Shown one piece after another: positions 36,492 to 44,586 of a stretch of 64,000 nucleotides of DNA; within the stretch, counting starts at the first letter, position 1, and each line of letters opens with the position of its first letter. The notes beneath the pieces were generated by a model. That model had not been told where the DNA came from. It made no database searches and saw only the letters and a list, made by a program, of their open reading frames with translations. The position numbers were made by a program, and so were the translations under genes. Source of the DNA: an uncultured bacterium (lineage in GTDB: Bacteria > Electryoneota > Tariuqbacteria > Tariuqbacterales > Tariuqbacteraceae); assembly GCA_964421875.1 (NCBI GenBank), contig CAYQZD010000004.1, forward strand, positions 4,082 through 68,081. The letters run 5' to 3'.

Positions 36492-38855
36492 TCATTCATA
36501 TCTCAGCGATTCCACCGGATTGGCGGTGGCGGCTTTGATGGATTGGAAACTGACGGTCAGCAGCGCCAGCGCGCAGACTGCCAGAGCCGCAGCGGGAAAT
36601 ATCCAGAGCCAGCTTCCCAGCCCGATCCTGAAGGCAAAGTTTTGGAGCCAGATGCTCATCAGGAAGTAGGCTAAGGGCCAGGCGATAAGATTGGAAATAC
36701 CCACCAGAATCAGAAATTCCCTGGAAAGCAGACCTACGATGCTTGAGACGGTCGCACCTAACACCTTTCGCACGCCGATTTCCTTGGTGTGCCTTTCAGC
36801 GGAAAATGAGGCCAATCCGAATAATCCCAGGGATGATATCAGTATTGCCAGCAAGGCGAAGCTGCTAATCAAGCCATTGAACCGCTCGGTTCCTCGGTAC
36901 AATCGCTCGAATTCTTCGTCGAGAAAATGATATTCGAAAGGGAATTCAGGATTAAACTTTTCGACGGTTCGCTTGATATAAGCGATAGTTTCAGAAAGAT
37001 TATCCGGCCGGGTGCGGATGAATATATATTTATAATCGTATATTTCGGGGTGGGCGACGATAATAAGCGGTTCTATCCGGCGGTGTACCGGTTTGAAATG
37101 GAAGTCTTGAACGACTCCGATGACTTTGTATTGGGTGGACCAATTGGACAGGGTCTTTCCAACCGGTGATTCCATTCCCATTATCGCGGTGAAACTCTCG
37201 TTGATGACCGCTTCGGTGCGTCTTCCGGTTAGTTCAGGTTTGAAAAACCGTCCCTGAGTCATCTGAATTCGGAAGGTCTCCGTAAAATCGTGGTCAACGT
37301 TCAGGTAAGTTACCAGTGGATTGACATTAGGGTCTCGACCTTCCCATTCCCAATCCTGTCCGTTCCAATACACGCCTGTTGGAGAATGCGAGGATACCGT
37401 TACATTCAAGATTCCGGGGCGCTGCAGTAGTTCGCTTTTGACCGATTCATAGCTGTCCTTCAGGCTGCCTTCAATCGGAATATGAATAATATGTTCCTTC
37501 TCAAAACCCAGGCTCTTGTTCTTCATATAGTGTATCTGCAAATAAACTACTGCGGTGGATACTATGAGAATGATGGAGATGGTGAATTGAAGCACCACCA
37601 ACACTTTTCGGGGATTGGTGGATCTCGAATCCGCGTTCAGCGCCCCTTTCATTACATAAACCGGCTTGAAGGCTGCAAGGATAAACGCCGGATAACTGCC
37701 GGCGAGGAGGCCGGTGACGATCGCAATTGCCAACGTTCCTATAATCAAAGCGCTGTTACCCAGATAGTTCAGTTCAAGCGGCTTATTCACCATCTGTCGA
37801 AAGGTCGGCATGAAAAGTTCCACCATAAAAATCGCTGCAATCAAAGCCGCCATCGTCAATAACACTGCTTCACCAAGATGCTGCCGGATTAGTTGCCCGC
37901 GCTGCGCTCCCACGACTTTTCGTAGTCCCACCTCCCTGGCTCTTTGAGAAGAGCGGGCAGTGGTGAGGTTCATAAAATTGATACAGGCGATAGCCAGAAT
38001 GAAAACGGCGATAATGATGAACAAATTCATCCTGGCGGCTCTACCCCACATTTTCATATAAATGTCTTTAAAGGGGTAAAGAACAGGTTCGAGGATGGTC
38101 TCTGGGTGAGACTGTATAATCCTGTCTTTGATTTTTTCGTTTATCAATTCATAATCCGCACCCGGCTGGATTTCGACATAGGTGCGGAAAGCGAGGTTAT
38201 ACCAGGTATCGATGAAATTCTGCCGGTAGAGAACGCGGGTAAATTCCAGGGGTATCCAGATGTCGAAGCCAAAGATAGAATTTTGGGGGATGTCCTGCAT
38301 CACTCCTACGATTTTAAAATCGTATTGATGGTTAAGGGTTACAATCCTACCTAAAGGGTCTGTTTCCCCGAAATACTTATCGGCGACGGATTTCGAGATG
38401 ACCATTACATACATACCGGAGAAAGCCTCCTCCGGATTCCCTGCAACGAAGGGGAAGGTGAAGAGACGAAAAATCTCGGGATCAGCCATCTGAATATTTT
38501 CTCTAAACCTGATGTCGCCGCAGGTGACCAGAGCTTCACCTTGTCCGTTCTGGAACCTGGCCGCTTCAATGATTTCAGGGTATTCCGCTTTCAACGCAGG
38601 GCCTACCGCCGGCGGCGAACCGCTGCCAAGGTGCCTTTCACTTCCATATTGCTGCCAAGTGCGAATGGTGTACAGACCGTCTTTTTTTTCGTGAAAGCGG
38701 TCTATACTCATTTCATCCTGCACCCAGAGAAATATCAAAATCCCGCAAGCGATGCCCAGCGCCAGACCGAAGATATTAATGAAGGAATAGACTTTATGCC
38801 GCAGGAGGTTCCTTACGGCGATTTTGCAGTAATTGACAAACAAGATCAAGACCAA
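36492..38855 (-). CDS. ABC transporter permease, FtsX/MacB-type (paralog 4 of 4)
   Basis: 787 aa. IAVRNLLRHKVYSFINIFGLALG ... ATANPVESLRYE. Confidence 0.85.
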   Translation of the reverse strand: MVLILFVNYCKIAVRNLLRHKVYSFINIFGLALGIACGILIFLWVQDEMSIDRFHEKKDGLYTIRTWQQYGSERHLGSGSPPAVGPALKAEYPEIIEAARFQNGQGEALVTCGDIRFRENIQMADPEIFRLFTFPFVAGNPEEAFSGMYVMVISKSVADKYFGETDPLGRIVTLNHQYDFKIVGVMQDIPQNSIFGFDIWIPLEFTRVLYRQNFIDTWYNLAFRTYVEIQPGADYELINEKIKDRIIQSHPETILEPVLYPFKDIYMKMWGRAARMNLFIIIAVFILAIACINFMNLTTARSSQRAREVGLRKVVGAQRGQLIRQHLGEAVLLTMAALIAAIFMVELFMPTFRQMVNKPLELNYLGNSALIIGTLAIAIVTGLLAGSYPAFILAAFKPVYVMKGALNADSRSTNPRKVLVVLQFTISIILIVSTAVVYLQIHYMKNKSLGFEKEHIIHIPIEGSLKDSYESVKSELLQRPGILNVTVSSHSPTGVYWNGQDWEWEGRDPNVNPLVTYLNVDHDFTETFRIQMTQGRFFKPELTGRRTEAVINESFTAIMGMESPVGKTLSNWSTQYKVIGVVQDFHFKPVHRRIEPLIIVAHPEIYDYKYIFIRTRPDNLSETIAYIKRTVEKFNPEFPFEYHFLDEEFERLYRGTERFNGLISSFALLAILISSLGLFGLASFSAERHTKEIGVRKVLGATVSSIVGLLSREFLILVGISNLIAWPLAYFLMSIWLQNFAFRIGLGSWLWIFPAAALAVCALALLTVSFQSIKAATANPVESLRYE

Positions 38856-38892
38856 TTTAATTTAAAGAGTATGCCTGAAAAAAACACTCAGC

Positions 38893-39582
38893 TTAAACGT
38901 GAAATTTTCCGTTGAAGTTTTCGGAGACAATATGCCCGTCGAACAGGTGCACGGTGCGATGGGCGTATTCAGCGTAGGCTGGTGAGTGAGTCACCATTAT
39001 TATGGTTGTCCCGCCTTCGTTCAATTCGGTTAGTAGCCTCATCACTTCGTCACCGTGAGTGGAATCGAGGTTGCCGGTGGGCTCGTCCGCCAGAATCAGC
39101 TTGGGCTGAGCGACCACAGCCCGGGCTACAGCCACACGCTGCTGTTGGCCGCCCGAAAGCTGCTGGGGGAAGTGATTCTTGCGGTGCATAATCTCCATCT
39201 GTTCCAGGATTTGGTTCACCCGCTCTTTGCGTGCGGCGGTTTTCATTCCCAGATAGAGGAGGGGCAGTTCCACATTTTCATAGACGGTGAGCTCATCGAT
39301 GAGATTGAAGCTCTGGAAGACGAAACCGATGTTCCGTTTTCTGAGATTGGCGCGCTGGCGTTCGGAATAACGTGAAACCTCTTCTTCTTTGAAGAAGTAT
39401 TCCCCATCGGTGGGATTGTCCAGCATACCAAGCAGGTGCAGCAGGGTCGATTTCCCGCATCCTGAAGGCCCCATCACAGCGACGAATTCTCCGGATTCGA
39501 TGCCGATGTTGACATTTTCCAGAGCGGTGGTTTCGACTTCCTCTGTGGTGTAGATTTTTTTCAGGTTTTTGGTTTTTAGCAT
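38893..39582 (-). CDS. ABC transporter ATP-binding protein (MacB/LolD-like)
   Basis: Walker A GPSGCGKST, ABC signature LSGGQQQRVA, Walker B ILADEPTGNLD. Confidence 0.9.
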   Translation of the reverse strand: MLKTKNLKKIYTTEEVETTALENVNIGIESGEFVAVMGPSGCGKSTLLHLLGMLDNPTDGEYFFKEEEVSRYSERQRANLRKRNIGFVFQSFNLIDELTVYENVELPLLYLGMKTAARKERVNQILEQMEIMHRKNHFPQQLSGGQQQRVAVARAVVAQPKLILADEPTGNLDSTHGDEVMRLLTELNEGGTTIIMVTHSPAYAEYAHRTVHLFDGHIVSENFNGKFHV

Positions 39583-39631
39583 TATATGACTCCTTGGTTG
39601 ACGTCATTTATTGATAACATAGATTTGACAG

Positions 39632-40882
39632 TTATTTCAGAATCAGCTTGTCCATATCGCCGAAGTTGTCATAGGAGGAGGTGATGACCTTTTCTCCGGA
39701 TTCGAGTCCCTCCAGGACTTCGTAAACCTCGGGATTTTGCCTGCCGAGGTTTATTTTCCTTTTTAAAGCGAAATCTCCGGAGGGATCGACCACGAAGACC
39801 CATCTGCCGCCGGTTTTCTGGTAGAATCCTCCCCGGTCGAGGAGAACAGCCCGGGAAAGGTCTCCCAATTCGAGGCGGATGTGGAGGGTTTGTCCGCGCC
39901 GGATTCCTTCAGGTTGTTTACCCAGAAATTCCATGTCCACTTCGAAGCGCCCTTCTATCACTTCCGGGTATATTTTCCTTATCACCAATTGGTATTGATT
40001 GTCGGAGAAGGAGAAATGCCCTTTGAGTCCGATTTCAATTCTGGAGATATAGTGTTCATCCACTTCCACCCGGACTTTGAAGCCGTCGAGTACGTCAATC
40101 TGCCCCAGCCTTTCGCCGCGGGATTTGGACTGGCCGATTTCGGCGTTAAGGGAGGTTAGGTGCCCTGAGACCGGTGCTTTGATGACCAGGTTCTCCAGGT
40201 TTTGTTTGACTATCGCCAGATTGGTTTCCATCCGCTGGAGGGAGGCTTCGAGCTGTTCAATCTGCGCGGCTCTAAAGACGGAGTCCTGCCGGTGGGATTC
40301 CAAGGTTAAATCGCGGCTTTTGACCAGATGTTCGTACTCGTCGCGGGCTTCTTCATAGTCCAGGTCGGAGATGAGGTTATTTTTCTTCAGTTCCGCGAAA
40401 TTGTCGAAAACTCGCTTTTGCCGCTTTATTCCGTGGTCCAAATCGAGTAATTGGGCGCGCATTCTGAGGAAGTTCTGCTCCATCGCCAGGCGCGTGTTGC
40501 GGAGATTGTTACTCTGCTGAAAAAGCTCGGCTTCGCGGTACATAATATTGAGCAGGAGGTCGGTGTTTCCCAACCGCAGGATTTCATCGCCCATTTTTAC
40601 GTAGCTTCCGGCCTCGAGGAAAATCTTCTCCACCCTGCCTCCTTCGACAGCATCGAGGTACACAGTTTTTATCGGCACCACGGCGCCGGTGACGGGGATG
40701 AATTCCTGGAATTCGTCTTCGGATACAGTAGAGATGGTGATGCGTTCGGTTTTAACGTTCAGCTTCCTGCTGTGGTCGCCGAAAATAAAGGTGTACAAGA
40801 CGGCGAGAATCAGCGCCGCAGAAAACGCTATCCCCACGATTTTCTTTGGGGTGAAACGTTTCTTCTTAATTATTCTATCCAT
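39632..40882 (-). CDS. HlyD-family efflux periplasmic adaptor (membrane fusion protein)
   Basis: 416 aa. N-terminal TM anchor, long coiled-coil region, beta-barrel/MP domains typical of MacA/HlyD adaptors. Confidence 0.8.
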   Translation of the reverse strand: MDRIIKKKRFTPKKIVGIAFSAALILAVLYTFIFGDHSRKLNVKTERITISTVSEDEFQEFIPVTGAVVPIKTVYLDAVEGGRVEKIFLEAGSYVKMGDEILRLGNTDLLLNIMYREAELFQQSNNLRNTRLAMEQNFLRMRAQLLDLDHGIKRQKRVFDNFAELKKNNLISDLDYEEARDEYEHLVKSRDLTLESHRQDSVFRAAQIEQLEASLQRMETNLAIVKQNLENLVIKAPVSGHLTSLNAEIGQSKSRGERLGQIDVLDGFKVRVEVDEHYISRIEIGLKGHFSFSDNQYQLVIRKIYPEVIEGRFEVDMEFLGKQPEGIRRGQTLHIRLELGDLSRAVLLDRGGFYQKTGGRWVFVVDPSGDFALKRKINLGRQNPEVYEVLEGLESGEKVITSSYDNFGDMDKLILK

Positions 40883-41052
40883 ATCGCCAGTGGAGATTTA
40901 GTGCGGTTTAAAGATAAGTTCTCCCTTGTGGATGTCCCGCAGAAGTCATAATAGACCAGGACGAAGGTGATGATGACCGCCAAAGCGGCAAGGAGCGCCA
41001 GCCAGGGAAATTTCCGCGAGGCGCATTGTTTATTTTTTACCGATAATTCCAT
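40870..41052 (-). CDS. possible small membrane peptide (60 aa) at the head of the efflux operon
   Basis: ORF begins about 17 nt downstream of the predicted sigma-54 promoter TSS. One hydrophobic helix (WLALLAALAVIITFVLVYY). Overlaps the HlyD start by 13 nt. Could instead be non-coding leader. Confidence 0.25.
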   Translation of the reverse strand: MELSVKNKQCASRKFPWLALLAALAVIITFVLVYYDFCGTSTRENLSLNRTKSPLAIWIE

Positions 41053-41080
41053 ATCTCAGCTCTGATTTCACCTCAATAAA

Positions 41081-41096
41081 AGCAACAAAGGTGCCA
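41081..41096 (-). promoter_or_regulatory. sigma-54 (RpoN) promoter, -24/-12 elements TGGCAC-N5-TTGCT, reading into the HlyD/ABC/FtsX operon
   Basis: Reverse complement of 41081-41096 is TGGCACCTTTGTTGCT, a perfect match to the TGGCAC-N5-TTGCW consensus. Sits about 30 nt upstream of ORF 41052 and next to the divergent NtrC-family regulator gene. Confidence 0.6.
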
Positions 41097-41496
41097 TTGA
41101 CATAGATAGATTCGATTCGGAGCGGATAGTACGGTGACATTATCTTTCAAATCTGAGATACTTGTCATTCAATCCAATTAATTACAATGAGATAGTTGTT
41201 GTCATATTCGTTATATCGCTCATTCAGAATTCTATCTATACCAAAAACCTTTCCCCTGTCAATCCACTCGAATGATACTTACGGCGTGCGGTTCCGTACA
41301 ATGATGTTCGGAATCGGACGTTTATTCGGAGTGGTTGATGAATCTATCGACTAAAAACAGTTCGCCGACGCTGGGAACAATTATTGTAGAGTTGGTTATT
41401 GTAATCCAAAACTGACAAGCAGGCCTCGGCTGAATTTGTCAATTATGGTAAAACATTATATATTGAGTTTATCATTAAACACCGGAGGATGAAGCA

Positions 41497-42873
41497 GTGA
41501 CGAAAAAGCTGGGCAAGGTTCTCTTGGTCGACGATAACGAGGACATTTTAATTGCCGGCAAACTGCTGCTCAAGCAGCATTGCGAACAGGTTGACACCGA
41601 GAAGGACCCCAACCTCCTCCCCACTCTGATAAGAGATGAGAATTATGATGTCATCCTGCTCGATATGAATTTTACCCAGGATGTCACCAGCGGCCGCGAG
41701 GGATTTTTCTGGCTGGAGCGAATACTGGAAATCGACCCTATGGCGGTGGTGATACTGATAACAGCTTTTGGGGATGTGGAGATGGCGGTGCGGGCAATCA
41801 AGGCGGGCGCAACGGATTTTGTGCTGAAACCGTGGCAAAACGAGAAACTCCTGGCAACCTTATCCTCTGCGATAAGTTTAAGACGTTCCCGCTTGGAGAT
41901 AGACAGACTCAAGTCCCGCCAGATGCAGCTCAGCGCGGATATAGACCAGAAGTTCCACGATATTATCGGAGTCAGCCCGGAAATGCGGGCGCTGTTCAGC
42001 GCTATCGACAAAGTGGCAAAAACGGAGGCCAACGTCCTGATATTAGGTGAAAACGGGACCGGCAAGGAACTCGTGGCCAGGGCGCTGCACCGGAGTTCAA
42101 AGCGGTCGGACGAAGTTTTCATCGGCTTGGATATGGGCGCTATCCCGGAGGGTCTATTCGAAAGCGAGCTGTTCGGTCACGAAAAAGGGGCTTTCACCGA
42201 CGCCAAGACCGCCCGCGCGGGGCGGTTCGAGGTGGCTTCGGGGGGGACGCTGTTCCTTGACGAAGTGGGCAACATCCCGGTTCCGCTGCAGTCCAAACTG
42301 CTTCGCGTGCTGGAGGAGCGGAAATTGTTCCGGGTGGGTTCCAGCAAAGCGGTGGAAATCGACATCCGGCTGATTTGCGCCACCAATATGAATTTGAGCG
42401 GGATGGTGAGCGGGAACGAATTCCGCCAGGATTTGCTTTACAGAATCAACACGGTCGAGATAACTCTGCCGCCGCTTCGCAATCGAAGAGAGGATATTCC
42501 GCTGCTGGTGGAGCACTTCGTAAAAATCTATTCCCGGAAGTATAAAAAGGATATCGAAGTGGTGAGCCCGGGGGCAATGTCCAAGTTAGTGGGATACAGC
42601 TGGCCGGGCAACGTTCGTGAACTTCAGCATGCAATGGAGCGGGCGGTAATCCTGTCTGAAAGCTGCGTTTTGGAACCTATCGATTTTCTATTATCGCTAA
42701 AAGATGAAACGCCTGACAGGGCGATTTTCCCTGATTTAAACCTGGAACGCGTGGAAAAGATGGTATTGAGGCGCGCGTTGTCCAAACACCGGGGGAACAT
42801 AACCAGAGCGGCGGAGGAATTGGGATTGACCAGAACCTCCCTTTATCGGAGGATGGAAAAATATGGTTTATAA
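41497..42873 (+). CDS. sigma-54-dependent response regulator (NtrC family: REC + AAA+ sigma-54 activator + Fis-type HTH)
   Basis: GTG start behind a GGAGGA RBS. LLVDDNEDIL receiver domain, GENGTGKELVARALH Walker A, GAFTDA/ESELFGHEKGAFT sigma-54 interaction motifs, C-terminal HTH. Confidence 0.9.
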   Translation: MTKKLGKVLLVDDNEDILIAGKLLLKQHCEQVDTEKDPNLLPTLIRDENYDVILLDMNFTQDVTSGREGFFWLERILEIDPMAVVILITAFGDVEMAVRAIKAGATDFVLKPWQNEKLLATLSSAISLRRSRLEIDRLKSRQMQLSADIDQKFHDIIGVSPEMRALFSAIDKVAKTEANVLILGENGTGKELVARALHRSSKRSDEVFIGLDMGAIPEGLFESELFGHEKGAFTDAKTARAGRFEVASGGTLFLDEVGNIPVPLQSKLLRVLEERKLFRVGSSKAVEIDIRLICATNMNLSGMVSGNEFRQDLLYRINTVEITLPPLRNRREDIPLLVEHFVKIYSRKYKKDIEVVSPGAMSKLVGYSWPGNVRELQHAMERAVILSESCVLEPIDFLLSLKDETPDRAIFPDLNLERVEKMVLRRALSKHRGNITRAAEELGLTRTSLYRRMEKYGL

Positions 42874-44218
42874 GAATTTCAAACTAAATTGCGCTATTCG
42901 AGTGATATTGGCGGGGGCGTCGGTCAGCCTTTTCTTCTATCTTGTTTTCCAAACCTCGCTCTATATGACGGCGGTGATTGTGGGATTACTGGCACTGTAT
43001 CAGTTTTACGCCATATTCCGGTATATAGAAAAAACCAATGTTATTTTAGCGCGTTTTCTGGATTCAATCAAGTACTCCGATTTTACGCAGAGTTTTACCA
43101 CCGGTCAGAAAGGAACCGCTTTCGAGCGGCTTCATCAAGCTTTCAACGGTGTGATTACAGAATTCAAACGGGCTCGCAGCGAAAAGGAGGAACATTTTCA
43201 TTACCTCCAGACTGTGGTTCAGCATGTAGGCGTGGGATTGATCGCTTTCAACGCCAAAGGAGAGATTCAACTCATCAATAACGCTGCCAAGCGTCTATTG
43301 AAAATCCCTTCTCTGAAAAACATCAGCCAGTTATCGGCGCTAAGCGCCGAATTATCGGAAAAAATCCTCGAAATGAAGGGCGATAGCCGCGAACAGGTTA
43401 AAATCCAGCGAGAAAGGCAGTCGCTTCTGTTATCGCTGCAAGCCACTAAATTCGCTCTGCATCAGGAGGGTTATACACTGGTCTCGCTGCAGAATATCCG
43501 TTGGGAGTTGGAGGAGAAGGAGATGGAAGCCTGGCACAGTTTAATCAGGACTTTGACGCATGAGATAATGAACTCTATCGCCCCCATATCTTCGCTGGCT
43601 TCCACCGCTAAGGAATTAATGTTGAGGCGGGAAGCTGAAGGCAATGAAAACGCCGGGGAAGATGAGCTGAAGGATACAATAACCGCCTTGAAAACGATAG
43701 AGAAACGCAGTGAAGGATTGATGGCGTTCGTGGAAAACTATCGGAAACTCTATCGTATTCCCAAACCCGAATTCGAGATATTCCCGGCGCAGGATTTATT
43801 CGGGAGGGTTATCCATTTAATGCGGGAAGACATTGAAAGCAAGGGCATCGGTTTCAGTTATAAAATCGACCCTGAATCGCTGGAACTTACCGCGGATCCC
43901 GCTCTGATTGAACAAGTGATGATTAACCTGCTTAAGAATTCGGTAGAGGCTATCGGCCATCGCAAGGATTCAGCCATAGAAATATCGGCGGAAATCGACG
44001 AGATTGGCTCACCTATAATAATCGTCAAGGACAACGGTCCCGGTATCCAGCCGAACAATCTGGAGCAAATCTTTATCCCCTTTTTCACCACCAAACCTGA
44101 CGGTTCGGGTATAGGCTTAAGTTTATCCAAACAGATAATGCGCCTGCACGAGGGCGCCTTGGATGTATCCTCTTTCCCCGGCGCCGACACCGTTTTCACG
44201 TTGCGCTTCAGGCAGTAG
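42863..44218 (+). CDS. sensor histidine kinase (membrane-anchored; HisKA + HATPase_c)
   Basis: Two N-terminal TM helices. H-box LTHEIMNSIAPI. N, G1 and G2 boxes (VKDNGPGI, GSGIGLSL). Overlaps the regulator gene by 11 nt. Confidence 0.85.
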   Translation: MVYKNFKLNCAIRVILAGASVSLFFYLVFQTSLYMTAVIVGLLALYQFYAIFRYIEKTNVILARFLDSIKYSDFTQSFTTGQKGTAFERLHQAFNGVITEFKRARSEKEEHFHYLQTVVQHVGVGLIAFNAKGEIQLINNAAKRLLKIPSLKNISQLSALSAELSEKILEMKGDSREQVKIQRERQSLLLSLQATKFALHQEGYTLVSLQNIRWELEEKEMEAWHSLIRTLTHEIMNSIAPISSLASTAKELMLRREAEGNENAGEDELKDTITALKTIEKRSEGLMAFVENYRKLYRIPKPEFEIFPAQDLFGRVIHLMREDIESKGIGFSYKIDPESLELTADPALIEQVMINLLKNSVEAIGHRKDSAIEISAEIDEIGSPIIIVKDNGPGIQPNNLEQIFIPFFTTKPDGSGIGLSLSKQIMRLHEGALDVSSFPGADTVFTLRFRQ

Positions 44219-44327
44219 CCGCGGCTGGATGCCGGGATAGAGTCCGCTGGTTGATCAGGCGAGGTAAGGAATTCTCCGGGTTTCTTGACAATATCGATAG
44301 AATTTCGTATATTGTGTTCGCCATTGA

Positions 44328-44400
44328 CGCGGGGTGGAGCAGTTGGTAGCTCGTTGGGCTCATAACCCAGAGGTCGCAGGTTCGAATCCTGCCCCCGCTA
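44328..44400 (+). tRNA. tRNA-Met (CAT), initiator-type (fMet-like)
   Basis: CGCGGGGTGGAGCAGTTGGTAGCTCGTTGGGCTCATAACCCAGAGGTCGCAGGTTCGAATCCTGCCCCCGCTA is nearly identical in architecture to E. coli tRNA-fMet: unpaired position 1:72 (C1 x U72), three consecutive G:C pairs in the anticodon stem, anticodon CAT. The 3' CCA is not encoded. Confidence 0.85.
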
Positions 44401-44504
44401 CAATAGGAGGCCGGTTTATAGTAGCCGGTCTCTTGCATTTCAGTTATTCAAAAACGGTCTCTATTAGTCAAGCCCCTGCAGTACAGTACAGAATTTAAGT
44501 AATA

Positions 44505-44533
44505 AAATCCCCGCCGGATTCCGGCGGGGATTT
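44505..44533 (-). terminator. rho-independent terminator for the T9SS cargo gene (perfect palindrome AAATCCCCGCCGGAA/TTCCGGCGGGGATTT followed by a T-run on the minus strand)
   Basis: 14-bp perfect inverted repeat. The minus-strand reading is followed by TTTTATT. Confidence 0.7.
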
Positions 44534-44540
44534 CTCATTC

Positions 44541-44586
44541 GAAACCTGTGACTTGAGGCTCGCAACTCGAATCTCGCGACTCGCAG
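44541..44586. repeat. tandem heptamers ending in CGA on the coding (minus) strand (GCTGCGA GTCGCGA GATTCGA GTTGCGA GCCTCAA GTCACAG), between the stop of gene 44587-47121 and its terminator palindrome
   Basis: Direct reading of the reverse complement. Confidence 0.7.

Noticed and set aside
41100-41496. Possible additional repeat element or ncRNA in the 400-bp regulator/efflux intergenic region (GTCATTC...GAATGAT fragments)
   Set aside because: Only short fragmentary matches to the MITE-like consensus; could not be supported beyond the sigma-54 promoter.
44208-44438. Minus-strand 76-aa ORF overlapping the tRNA-Met gene
   Set aside because: The region is fully explained by a canonical initiator tRNA on the plus strand.
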